Of a DNA stretch of 64,000 nt, positions 27,707 to 38,758 are shown one piece after another. How positions within the stretch are numbered: the first letter of the stretch is position 1; the number at the start of each line of letters is the position of its first letter. Below the pieces are notes generated by a model. That model was given only the letters and a program-made list of their open reading frames with translations, searched no databases and had not been told where the DNA came from. The stretch comes from Poseidonia sp. (GTDB taxonomy: Archaea > Thermoplasmatota > Poseidoniia > Poseidoniales > Poseidoniaceae). Location of the stretch: assembly GCA_040261535.1 (NCBI GenBank), contig JBDQNU010000006.1, forward strand, positions 3,033-67,032, given 5' to 3'. Made by a program: the position numbers and the translations under genes.

Positions 27707-28360
27707 ATGGCGACAGAAGACATCGGAAACGATGCGCTTGGGATTCTCGTTGACGGCGGTTTGTTGTACGCTGCCCCGATGTTTGGGCTCTCCTTGTTGC
27801 TCGTGGTGGAGGGGCGCAAACGCATACCCCTCACCATCGGCTTGGTGGGCTTCATGCTCGGATTCGGCCTCGTAGGCCCGTTGTACCCGTTGCTGGGCCC
27901 GTCGCCTCCACTTGAGGAGCAGGCGTTTCGCTTCGTCGCCGCTGTCGTCATCGCCGGCGTATCCGTCAGTGTAGCCCAAGTGGCGATGCGGTTTCTTGCG
28001 GCAGGACTCGTCTACGTCGTCATCACGAGCCTGATCGCAAACGGAAAACGATTTGACATCGACTTGGAGGGGGACGCTTTTCTCTCCGGTATCTTGACCC
28101 TGATCGCTTTTTTCTTGAGTTTCGGCTTCCGGCGGCTGGTTCCTGCCCTGATGGCGGGATTGGTGGGCACGCTGGGCATGATGCTTGCTGTGTACATCGC
28201 CCTAGGCTGGCCCGTTGAACGCTTGAACGGCGTTGATGCTCCCGACGCCTACTTCGCCTTCATCGGGATGTTCATGAGCGCATACCTGCAGTGGAAACAG
28301 GTTCAGCGCAAGCGGGAAGAAGAGGAAGAGCCCGAGGTGGAGAAGGAGTACATCTTCTAG
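27707..28360 (+). CDS. Unknown membrane protein (about 6 TM) with an acidic C-terminal tail.
   Basis: Hydrophobic profile. EEEEEPEVEKE tail. Directly downstream of 26303..27667. Confidence 0.4.
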   Translation: MATEDIGNDALGILVDGGLLYAAPMFGLSLLLVVEGRKRIPLTIGLVGFMLGFGLVGPLYPLLGPSPPLEEQAFRFVAAVVIAGVSVSVAQVAMRFLAAGLVYVVITSLIANGKRFDIDLEGDAFLSGILTLIAFFLSFGFRRLVPALMAGLVGTLGMMLAVYIALGWPVERLNGVDAPDAYFAFIGMFMSAYLQWKQVQRKREEEEEPEVEKEYIF

Positions 28361-28365
28361 GCCCA

Positions 28366-28905
28366 TCAACCAAGAAGGTCGCCGAGTGCCAGCCCCAGCG
28401 CATACGACAGCACGGTAATGAAGGCGAGAATGCCCATCATTTCGAAAAACCGAGGAAGGAAGGCCACGCCTTTTTTGGACGACCACCAAACGTTGAAGGC
28501 AGCCACCACGCCGACCCCGAGAAGCAAGGTGACCGTGAAAGCGGCGACGTGTGCCTCCATCCCGCCAACCTCGCCATCGATGAGCAAGTAGGGCGATATC
28601 AGCACCGTCACGACGCACAAGTAGGCCGCCCAGGTCGAAAAAGCCGCTTTGACGGGGGAGCCCCCGTCGGGCTCGGCCCGTTTGGACAAAAATTCAGACG
28701 CCCCCATGCTGCACGAGGCAGCGATGCCGGTGACCATGCCCGAGAGGGCGATGAGCGACATGTCCTGAAAAGCGAACGTGAGGCCGGCTAAAATGCCGGT
28801 CATTTCGATGAGGGCATCGGAAATACCGAGGACGACGCTGCTTGAATAATCGCGCTCCTCTTCCATGGAAGGCCCACCTCGCCAACGGGGAAAAACCCTC
28901 GGCAA
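28366..28905 (-). CDS. VIT1/CCC1-family iron/manganese transporter (short form).
   Basis: GISDALIEMTGILAGL ... EFLSK pattern typical of the VIT family. 179 aa, 5 TM. Confidence 0.55.
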   Translation of the reverse strand: MPRVFPRWRGGPSMEEERDYSSSVVLGISDALIEMTGILAGLTFAFQDMSLIALSGMVTGIAASCSMGASEFLSKRAEPDGGSPVKAAFSTWAAYLCVVTVLISPYLLIDGEVGGMEAHVAAFTVTLLLGVGVVAAFNVWWSSKKGVAFLPRFFEMMGILAFITVLSYALGLALGDLLG

Positions 28906-28961
28906 CCGAAAAGTGTGGGGTGTTTTTCAGCGAAGGTTATCGCCTCGCCGGTGAAGCCACG

Positions 28962-29642
28962 ACCATGCCCGTCGCATTGGTGACCGGGGCCAACCGGGGC
29001 CTCGGCCTTGAGTTAACACGTCAATTGCTAGAGAGCGGGTACACCGTTCACGCCACCTACCGAACCAGCAAGGGTGGATTGGCCGACCTTCATCACCCAG
29101 AATTGCACCTTGCTTCCATGGATGTTCGAATGCCTGAGGATATCGCCTCGGTGCTTCAACAGATCAAAACCGGGCTTGATCTCGTGGTCAACAATGCCGG
29201 AGTTTCCGACGGGCGGTGGGCGAACATCGAGGAAATTGATTTTGAGAAGGTGACAGAAGTGATGGACATCAACGCCGTTGCCCCCGTAAGGGTCACGCAG
29301 CAGGCCCTCCCGTTGTTGGATCAAAACGGTGGCGGCACGGTGGTGATGTTGTCGAGTTTGATGGCCAGCATCTCGGACTGCCAGAGCGGAAAGTCCTACG
29401 CCTACCGTGCCTCAAAAACCGCCCTGAACATGTTCACGGTGGCCATGAAGAAGGAATTGACCGATCGAAACATCTCCTTGTTGATCGTTCACCCTGGCTG
29501 GGTTGAAACGGACATGGGTGGGCCCAAGGCGCCCGTAAAGGCCGACGAAAGCGTACGAGGCATTCTCGAACGCATCGAAGAGCAGACGGTCGCCATGTCG
29601 GGTCGTTTTGTCGAATACACGGGGCGGACGCTGCCTTGGTAA
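28962..29642 (+). CDS. Short-chain dehydrogenase/reductase (SDR).
   Basis: VALVTGANRGLGLE cofactor motif and YRASK catalytic YxxxK. Internal start of ORF 28842..29642. Confidence 0.7.
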   Translation, partial: TMPVALVTGANRGLGLELTRQLLESGYTVHATYRTSKGGLADLHHPELHLASMDVRMPEDIASVLQQIKTGLDLVVNNAGVSDGRWANIEEIDFEKVTEVMDINAVAPVRVTQQALPLLDQNGGGTVVMLSSLMASISDCQSGKSYAYRASKTALNMFTVAMKKELTDRNISLLIVHPGWVETDMGGPKAPVKADESVRGILERIEEQTVAMSGRFVEYTGRTLPW

Positions 29643-29678
29643 GCCAAGGCAAACGTGAGCGTCGTTGGCGAACACCGC

Positions 29679-32293
<2,615 letters not shown>

Positions 32294-32321
32294 TCAAGCC
32301 TTGAGTGGAAAGGCAGGAACC

Positions 32322-32708
32322 ATGAGCGATTCCCTTCCCCTCATCACGCTGGTCAAAGCAAAGGAAGTGGACGACCGCCCCAATTTAGGCGAAAGGTTCC
32401 GGGACATTGAGCAAACGCTCTCAATGCTTTGTTCCTTCCTCTCTCTCGATGATTTTATCCAATTTCTGAGATCGGATATTTTTGTTGGTTTCAGCAGAAC
32501 CTCAGAGCCTTGGATCCAATTTGAACTCGGCTTGTACACCAACCACACCAAAACGCTGCAACTCATTCCCGAACAGCGTCACTTGACCCTTGTTGACGAG
32601 GCGATGACGGGCGCCATCGAAGACGGTATCTGGAGGGGCGAAGCCGACGAAAGGATGGAAACCGTGTTGGCCCGGTGGGTCCAAACGGTTGCAAATGAGG
32701 CTCAGTAA
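32322..32708 (+). CDS. Small hypothetical protein (128 aa) in a locally lower-GC segment.
   Basis: ORF with an ATG 56 nt downstream of the TATA-like box. The AT-richer composition is visible in the sequence. No recognised domain. Confidence 0.35.
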   Translation: MSDSLPLITLVKAKEVDDRPNLGERFRDIEQTLSMLCSFLSLDDFIQFLRSDIFVGFSRTSEPWIQFELGLYTNHTKTLQLIPEQRHLTLVDEAMTGAIEDGIWRGEADERMETVLARWVQTVANEAQ

Positions 32709-33511
32709 AAGATGGAGCAGCAGGTCAACGAACCGTCGGCGGCCCTGATTTCGCTCATCTCCACTTCGACCAATTCAAGTCCCCGAGCACGGAGCGTGGC
32801 GTGAACCGTTGGGTAGCCCTTCGCGACCAGCACTTTTCCGTTCGGCAACCCGATGGTGTTGCACCCGTAGGCTTCCTCCTCAGGCATCCAAAGGAGTTCG
32901 CACCCACTGGGAAGTTCACCAAAGGCTTCCGGAGACAAGTAACCTTCTGGAACCATGATGGTGGAATCCGTGGGGGTTGACGAAATGCTCGTGAGGTGAA
33001 GAGCGTGGCTCGGGATATCGATCACGCGAAGTTCGTGACCGAAATCTTCGAGCAAGCTGCGCAAGCTTGCAATACCGAGATCGTTGGTCCGCGATGAGCG
33101 GCCGACAAAGAACAAATCTCCCAGGCGAATGATGTCGCCGCCGTCCATTCTCGCTTCACCGCCCATTCGACAGGTTTGAACCCCCTCGAGTTCGCTCATC
33201 AGAAATTCAGCGATGGGGGGTTGTTCTGCAACTCTGGAGGGGTGTCCCGGATGCGGAAGGAGCATCTTGCCGTCGATGACGACGGCTTGGTCTTCGACGA
33301 AGATACAATCGGGTTGTCGATCGTCGGCTTCAAGGGCATGAACCTGAACGCCGTTCGCTTCGAGGGCGGCGATGTAGGCTTGGTGTTGGGCCCGTGCAAC
33401 CTCAACGTCGGTTGGTCCGCTACCGAAGTAGTAGGCGAGGGCTTTGGTGAACGATTCGGGTACCCTACGGACGAGAGCCTTTCTTTTTTGGTCCACCCGA
33501 ACGGAGGCCAT
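32702..33511 (-). CDS. Amidinotransferase-superfamily enzyme (dimethylarginine dimethylaminohydrolase / arginine deiminase-like).
   Basis: C-terminal DGSLTCCSI active-site Cys motif. Family-level similarity over 269 aa. Confidence 0.55.
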   Translation of the reverse strand: MASVRVDQKRKALVRRVPESFTKALAYYFGSGPTDVEVARAQHQAYIAALEANGVQVHALEADDRQPDCIFVEDQAVVIDGKMLLPHPGHPSRVAEQPPIAEFLMSELEGVQTCRMGGEARMDGGDIIRLGDLFFVGRSSRTNDLGIASLRSLLEDFGHELRVIDIPSHALHLTSISSTPTDSTIMVPEGYLSPEAFGELPSGCELLWMPEEEAYGCNTIGLPNGKVLVAKGYPTVHATLRARGLELVEVEMSEIRAADGSLTCCSIFY

Positions 33512-33623
33512 GTGTTGTTCGGCCCGCCGATGCCCCTTAACATTTCGCCTTTTTTCGGTAGTCGTTTTCCGCTGAGCGGAAAAAGCAGGGCTGGATGCCC
33601 TTTACCGCTGTCTTCAACAGGGG

Positions 33624-35228
33624 GTGCTGGTTGGCTTGTCCATGGCCAGTCAACGCCGAAGCGCCCTTCTCCTGATGTGGTTGATGGTTTTGGCCCCAAT
33701 GTCCGGATGTTTCGGTGAGAACGAAGCCCCCGCCGTAACGGTTGATGCCCTCGCCGTCGAGGAGGCCGATTCGCTTCAAGGAGGCATGTGGCAGCAAATT
33801 ACCCTCACGGCAAAGGAAGACGTGGCCGTCTACATCCCTTACTTCGTTCAAGACCCCGGTTCACTTCGCGCCCAAAACGGTACGGTTCTCGATGTGGCCA
33901 AGGGCGAAGCCGTCGCCGTCGATGTGCTCTTCCCGCCACGCAACGAAGACGTGGTGCTTTTCCTTGGCGAATTTGGTCGGATTCACTGGCCCATCCGTGC
34001 TGCGAACCAGTCATGGATGTCGTGGCTTGAGAGCATGCCAGACGTCGGTGCTGTTGAAGCCGTTCCAAATCAGGACGAGGGGGGTGTTTGGCCTTGGTTG
34101 ATTCCTGGAAACACGACCGGTGGAGACGTGGTCCCGCTCAAGTTGACGACCGTCCGTCCAGAGCGCAGTGACCTCACCGAAGAAAACGGTGCATCGGCGT
34201 CCGGCGGTTGGCTCAACGGCCGAGACGTCTACGAATGGGTGGAGTTCATCACCGATGAGACGGCGGACCCTACTGACCCTTATGACGGAGCGGTGGGCTA
34301 CCTCGACCGTTGGATCGGTAACGGTAATCCTGCTTACGAGGACGCCATCGCGTACTTTGAAGGCGTGATGGTTGGCTACGGTCTTGATGTTGAAGTCCAT
34401 CGCTTCCAGTCTGGCACCCTCTGGGCTGTGAACATTTGCGGCTACAAAACCGGAACCGTGTTCCCCGATGAATGGTTGGTTTTCGGAGCCCACTTTGACA
34501 TCGCCCCTCCCGTAGCCTACCTTCCCGGTCCAAACCTTCCCGGCTACGGCACGCGAACCGGTGCTTACGACAACTCTGCCGGAACGAGTATGGTGTTGAC
34601 CACGGCCAGCGTGCTCGCTGACTTTGACGCCCGCCGAACCATGGTTTTCTGCCTCTGGTCTTCCGAGGAGGAGGGGTTGTGGGGTTCAAGTGCATTCACG
34701 GGCGATGTCCCCGACGGCGTGACCATCAGCAATTACCTGAACCTCGACATGGCCGGCATCAACTACCCCGGTGACTACGCGCTCTCGGTCTACCTCGGCC
34801 CCGATGGGACGGGCGATGTAATCGACCAGGCGGGCATGTACCACCTCGCAGAATGGATTGGCGCCGACGCGTTTGACCTTGCCTACCAAATGGAGCGAGG
34901 TCGCACCGAATGGGAGGCGGGGGGTGAGTCGCCTCTGTGGCAGAACAACTACGAAGACACGGTGGCCATTTACGAATCCCCAACCGCCCGGAGTGACCAT
35001 CAGCCCTTCCAAGACATCGGCGTGGCCACCTTGGGGTGGAACGGCGTGGTTGACGGGTATCCTTGCTACCACCGAAATTGCGACACGCTGGACACCATGA
35101 AAGGTTACATGGAAACCGACACCGCTTCTGGCGAAGCAAACCTTGTCCATTCATGGGACATCGTCACGTGGTGGGCGGTCTACGCCTTCTTGCACATGGA
35201 CCAAACCCCGGTTCCAAACGAATTGTGA
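33624..35228 (+). CDS. Secreted M28-family aminopeptidase, probable lipoprotein (paralog A).
   Basis: FGAHFDIAPP, GAYDNSAGTS, WSSEEEG, NLDMAG metal-ligand motifs. Signal peptide ending MSGCFGE. Confidence 0.7.
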   Translation: MLVGLSMASQRRSALLLMWLMVLAPMSGCFGENEAPAVTVDALAVEEADSLQGGMWQQITLTAKEDVAVYIPYFVQDPGSLRAQNGTVLDVAKGEAVAVDVLFPPRNEDVVLFLGEFGRIHWPIRAANQSWMSWLESMPDVGAVEAVPNQDEGGVWPWLIPGNTTGGDVVPLKLTTVRPERSDLTEENGASASGGWLNGRDVYEWVEFITDETADPTDPYDGAVGYLDRWIGNGNPAYEDAIAYFEGVMVGYGLDVEVHRFQSGTLWAVNICGYKTGTVFPDEWLVFGAHFDIAPPVAYLPGPNLPGYGTRTGAYDNSAGTSMVLTTASVLADFDARRTMVFCLWSSEEEGLWGSSAFTGDVPDGVTISNYLNLDMAGINYPGDYALSVYLGPDGTGDVIDQAGMYHLAEWIGADAFDLAYQMERGRTEWEAGGESPLWQNNYEDTVAIYESPTARSDHQPFQDIGVATLGWNGVVDGYPCYHRNCDTLDTMKGYMETDTASGEANLVHSWDIVTWWAVYAFLHMDQTPVPNEL

Positions 35229-35382
35229 GGGAGCGGTAAACCCTGCTCAATCCATCAGGAAAAAATCCGGAAAGAGAAGCGAGAGGGGTAAGGCGAGAAG
35301 GAATCCGAAGATTCGAATCGCATCCTGCATCATGAATCGCCTATCCCTCCACGAGTTCATAACCGTTTGCTGGGGTTTTCGT

Positions 35383-36030
35383 TCAAAGCGTGTGAAGATG
35401 GCGGAGGTCCTCAAGGAAGAGGTCGAGGATCCAATCGTTATCGCCCCACCAAACTTGCAACGTTCCAAACCGGTCGACCAAGACGGTCCCCGTCGAGTGG
35501 TTGACGGTGTAATCATCGGGGTGATGTCGTGCAGTGTCACTCGTGCCAGCATCTTCAATGGTCAGGCCGACACCAAAATTCAACCAAACGCTTTGGATGG
35601 CGGCCATCGCCTCGCTGTCCGAGGTGTTGTCATCAACGGTCAAGTGGGCCCAGTTGGATTGTGTTCCCGTTTTCCATTCATGGAGGGTTGAAACGTTGTC
35701 TCGCCAGGGATCAACGGTCACCGTGAGGAACGTGGTTTTGTTCAATTCCTCGGGGGTGAGTTGGCTCTTTACCCACTTCATGTTGTGCGTGACAACGGGG
35801 CAAATATCGAGGCAATTGGTAAAAAGAAACGCCACGACGAGGGTGGTGTTTGCCGCTTCCTCTGAATAGGTCCACGAGGTGTTTTCACTGGACGTGAGGG
35901 TGAAATCCGAGACCACTGCGCCGTTCAACACATCGCCATGGGGCGCCCATTCCGCTTCGACTTGAGGTCCAAGGCAACCCGATAAGAAAAGGGTCGCAAC
36001 CACGAGCGTCAACAAGGGATTCGTGTTCAT
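35383..36030 (-). CDS. SCO1/SenC-family thioredoxin-like copper chaperone, probable lipoprotein.
   Basis: FTNCLDICP (CxxxCP) motif. Signal peptide plus LSGCLGP lipobox. Confidence 0.65.
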   Translation of the reverse strand: MNTNPLLTLVVATLFLSGCLGPQVEAEWAPHGDVLNGAVVSDFTLTSSENTSWTYSEEAANTTLVVAFLFTNCLDICPVVTHNMKWVKSQLTPEELNKTTFLTVTVDPWRDNVSTLHEWKTGTQSNWAHLTVDDNTSDSEAMAAIQSVWLNFGVGLTIEDAGTSDTARHHPDDYTVNHSTGTVLVDRFGTLQVWWGDNDWILDLFLEDLRHLHTL

Positions 36031-36039
36031 TGCACCACT

Positions 36040-37824
36040 TCAAAGACGGTAGGGGAGGTCAATATCGAGTTGAACCAAGTACAGACCGGTCGATATGCAC
36101 GAGGCGTACGTGATTCCGTCATGGTGTTCAACGGCCCAGAGGAAGGGCACCCATCCAAAATCGTAGAAACTTGAATCCAACGGGGTGCCGTCTTCACCGT
36201 GAGGCAAGTAATACGCCACCGTGGACTCTTCGTGAACGGAAATGCGATCGTCGGGGTTCGTCGGGTCGACGAGGGTCTCGATGTCAACCACCCAAAGCCC
36301 GGCGTGATAGTGTGAAATGTAGAGGCGCCCGTCCCATCCACCACCGTGGCTTTGGTCGGTGGTTTCATCGGTCTCGAAATACGTGCTGTCAAGGTTGTGG
36401 GGTGAAAACAACAGCCATTCATCGCCGTTGGGATGGGCTTCACAATCGGCCCCGTAACAGTGGTCCTCAGCGTAAGGAATCTCCCAATCACGTATCAGTT
36501 TGGGTTTGAATTTGAATTGCCCGTCTTCCATCGTATAATCGGTAGTGTCGATGAGGTAGATGATGCCCGTTCCAACCGAGGTGCTCAACACTTCCACGGC
36601 GGCCGTCACCATGTGAACGGGTTCATCGGAATAGCCGACGTGTGACAAATCGACCATATTGGGGAAGGGTTCTGCGTAGTGAATGTAGGAAACTCGGCCA
36701 CCGTTTTCGTTTCCGGTCGTTCCGCTGTCGGGTTGGCCGTCGTCGTCCAAATCAAGGAAATCCATCCAAAGGCCGACTTCGGGGGCGCGCCATCGGCACA
36801 TCAGGGGGTTACCAAAGCCGGTGCGGCACGTTGTCGCATGCAGCGTGTATGCCTCGGGAGAGTTCACGGGGTGCGGAACGTCCGTCACGTCACCAATTCG
36901 AAGGCCAGCTTCCCAGTAACTGCCGTAGATGAACGTGCGGCCGTAGCGAGGGTCGTTTGGGTCCTCTCCTGGCCACAGTTGTACGGTCATGTCGTGAATG
37001 TAAATCCATCCTCCTCGCGTGGTTTCCCACGCCACCTCGTATTCACCAACCTTGACGATGGTGTGGCCATAGCCAGACAAGACACCTTGGAGGTTTCGTG
37101 CCGCTGAACCGTCCAGATTCAAGTGTGCAATGGTCACGCCGCCGCACGCTTCTCCGATGGCGTCATTGCAGTCGTTGTAATCGGGGTTCGCAACGAAAAT
37201 GTACCACTCGCCGTCGATCATGTGGGTGTAGAGGTTGTGCGGTCCGCTCGGGTGGTCGACATCGTACCAGCTGTCGATCAACGTGGGATTGGTCTTGTCC
37301 GTAACATCGATGAGGAGGACAGAAACTTGTGTGGGGTCACTCCATTGTCCAACGTTTGGGTCCGCATTTCCCGGGTCCACCAGTTGATTTTGCTGTATGA
37401 TGTATTCTCTGCCGTTGTACTCAAGATACTTGACATCCAGAACTTGGGTGTTCGGATCGTTAAACACGCCGACAACTTCGGTGTTTTCTGGGTCCGTCAC
37501 GTCCACGATGTGCATGTCGTTCCATCCCGCCAAGTAGGCGTACGTTTCACCATCCGGAGTGGTAGCAACTTGAACTTCCGCATTGCCTGCAGTGGTGAGG
37601 GGATTGAAGTCAAGCAGTTCCATGTTGGAGGTACCGGCGACGTGTTGGCTGGCGTTTTTGTGGTCGTGACCTTCGTATTGGAACAGTGGGTCGCCGCTGT
37701 TCGCAAGCACGTCGTTGGTGGTGGATTGTTCGATATCGTCTCCAAGAATGAACAAGGTTGCGGACGTCAAAAACAAGACCGTGAAGACCGCCAACAGCCA
37801 TTCCTTCCCGCCCATGGCCCTCAC
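36040..37824 (-). CDS. Secreted/N-terminally anchored LVIVD-repeat-like beta-propeller protein.
   Basis: Repeated (L/M)x(I/V)VD(V/I)(T/S)DP-type segments: MHIVDVTDP, IYLIDTTD, LWVVDIETLVDP, LYLVQLDIDLP. N-terminal hydrophobic helix. Confidence 0.5.
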   Translation of the reverse strand: MRAMGGKEWLLAVFTVLFLTSATLFILGDDIEQSTTNDVLANSGDPLFQYEGHDHKNASQHVAGTSNMELLDFNPLTTAGNAEVQVATTPDGETYAYLAGWNDMHIVDVTDPENTEVVGVFNDPNTQVLDVKYLEYNGREYIIQQNQLVDPGNADPNVGQWSDPTQVSVLLIDVTDKTNPTLIDSWYDVDHPSGPHNLYTHMIDGEWYIFVANPDYNDCNDAIGEACGGVTIAHLNLDGSAARNLQGVLSGYGHTIVKVGEYEVAWETTRGGWIYIHDMTVQLWPGEDPNDPRYGRTFIYGSYWEAGLRIGDVTDVPHPVNSPEAYTLHATTCRTGFGNPLMCRWRAPEVGLWMDFLDLDDDGQPDSGTTGNENGGRVSYIHYAEPFPNMVDLSHVGYSDEPVHMVTAAVEVLSTSVGTGIIYLIDTTDYTMEDGQFKFKPKLIRDWEIPYAEDHCYGADCEAHPNGDEWLLFSPHNLDSTYFETDETTDQSHGGGWDGRLYISHYHAGLWVVDIETLVDPTNPDDRISVHEESTVAYYLPHGEDGTPLDSSFYDFGWVPFLWAVEHHDGITYASCISTGLYLVQLDIDLPYRL

Positions 37825-37872
37825 ACACCAGACATCCGTTTGGTCTTTATAACCCCTTGACTACCCTGTGAC

Positions 37873-38553
37873 ATGGGCAGAAGGTGGGCGTTGGTGGTGG
37901 CCCTCATGATGTGTGTAGGCCTCAACACGTCTCCCGCAGTCCAGGCCCACGAACAGAAAACACTCGCCGTGATTCTTCTTGACGATGGAATACCGTCTGG
38001 CAACATCACCGATCCTACCTTTGTGCAGGGCAACGCCGTTTGGTTCCGAATGGAAGACAGTACAAACAACACCTCCATGGTTGTTCAGCTCGATCTCGAC
38101 CAAGACGGGGTGTTCAACGCTTCAAATGATTTTGAATCGGGTGCTTTGGTGAATGCCTGTGAATTGGATGAAAACGGTACCTTGGTCGATGAATCGTGTG
38201 CGGTTTCAGCAACCTACGCCTTCCCAGCGAATGCCAGCACGGGAACGTACACCTTCTGGATTCACCGCACCCACAACGAAAGCGAAGAAAGGTGGGAATA
38301 CCATATTGTGGTTCATGAAGACGTGGATGTAGAAGAAGGGGATGGCCCTTCACCCGGTGATTGTTTTGGTCTGGGTTGTGCCGATGAAGAGACGGCTGCT
38401 GGCGACGCTGTCAATGAAGAAACGGCCGATGAAACAGAGGTGGTGTTGCTCGTCGCCATCATCGCTTTGGTGGGCATGGTGGCGACCGTTCTCTCCATCC
38501 AAAAGGAACGGCGCGAAGAAAAGACGTTTCCGAGCCTCAACGAAGAAGAGTGA
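37873..38553 (+). CDS. Small secreted protein with signal peptide, about six N-x-S/T sequons, an acidic stalk and a C-terminal TM anchor.
   Basis: MGRRWALVVALMMCVGLN signal. C-terminus VVLLVAIIALVGMVATVLSIQKERREEK. No PGF motif. Confidence 0.45.
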   Translation: MGRRWALVVALMMCVGLNTSPAVQAHEQKTLAVILLDDGIPSGNITDPTFVQGNAVWFRMEDSTNNTSMVVQLDLDQDGVFNASNDFESGALVNACELDENGTLVDESCAVSATYAFPANASTGTYTFWIHRTHNESEERWEYHIVVHEDVDVEEGDGPSPGDCFGLGCADEETAAGDAVNEETADETEVVLLVAIIALVGMVATVLSIQKERREEKTFPSLNEEE

Positions 38554-38758
38554 TTCACCCTTCGATCAGCGGGCAACGAAGGTCGTCGATGATTTCGATC
38601 ACGTGCGATGAAAACAACGATGCTTTGGACAACCGCTTGGCCATGTTTTTTCGTGTGGTTCTCGTCATGTTCTCATGAATTCATTGGTTCTGTTCCTTCT
38701 TCAAAGAATCGGTCGTATGAGGGCAGACCTTGAGAAGGTGAACCGCGACGGCAGTTGC

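Noticed and set aside
35280-35330. GATTCGAATC palindrome resembling a tRNA T-loop in the convergent gap between M28a and SCO1.
   Set aside because: No acceptor, D or anticodon stems can be built around it. More likely a small terminator-like palindrome.
37873-38553. Possibility that the small C-anchored glycoprotein is a cupredoxin partner of SCO1.
   Set aside because: Cys/His spacing (one Cys, then HRTH...H) does not match the type-1 copper H...C..H..M pattern. Kept only as an unknown surface protein.
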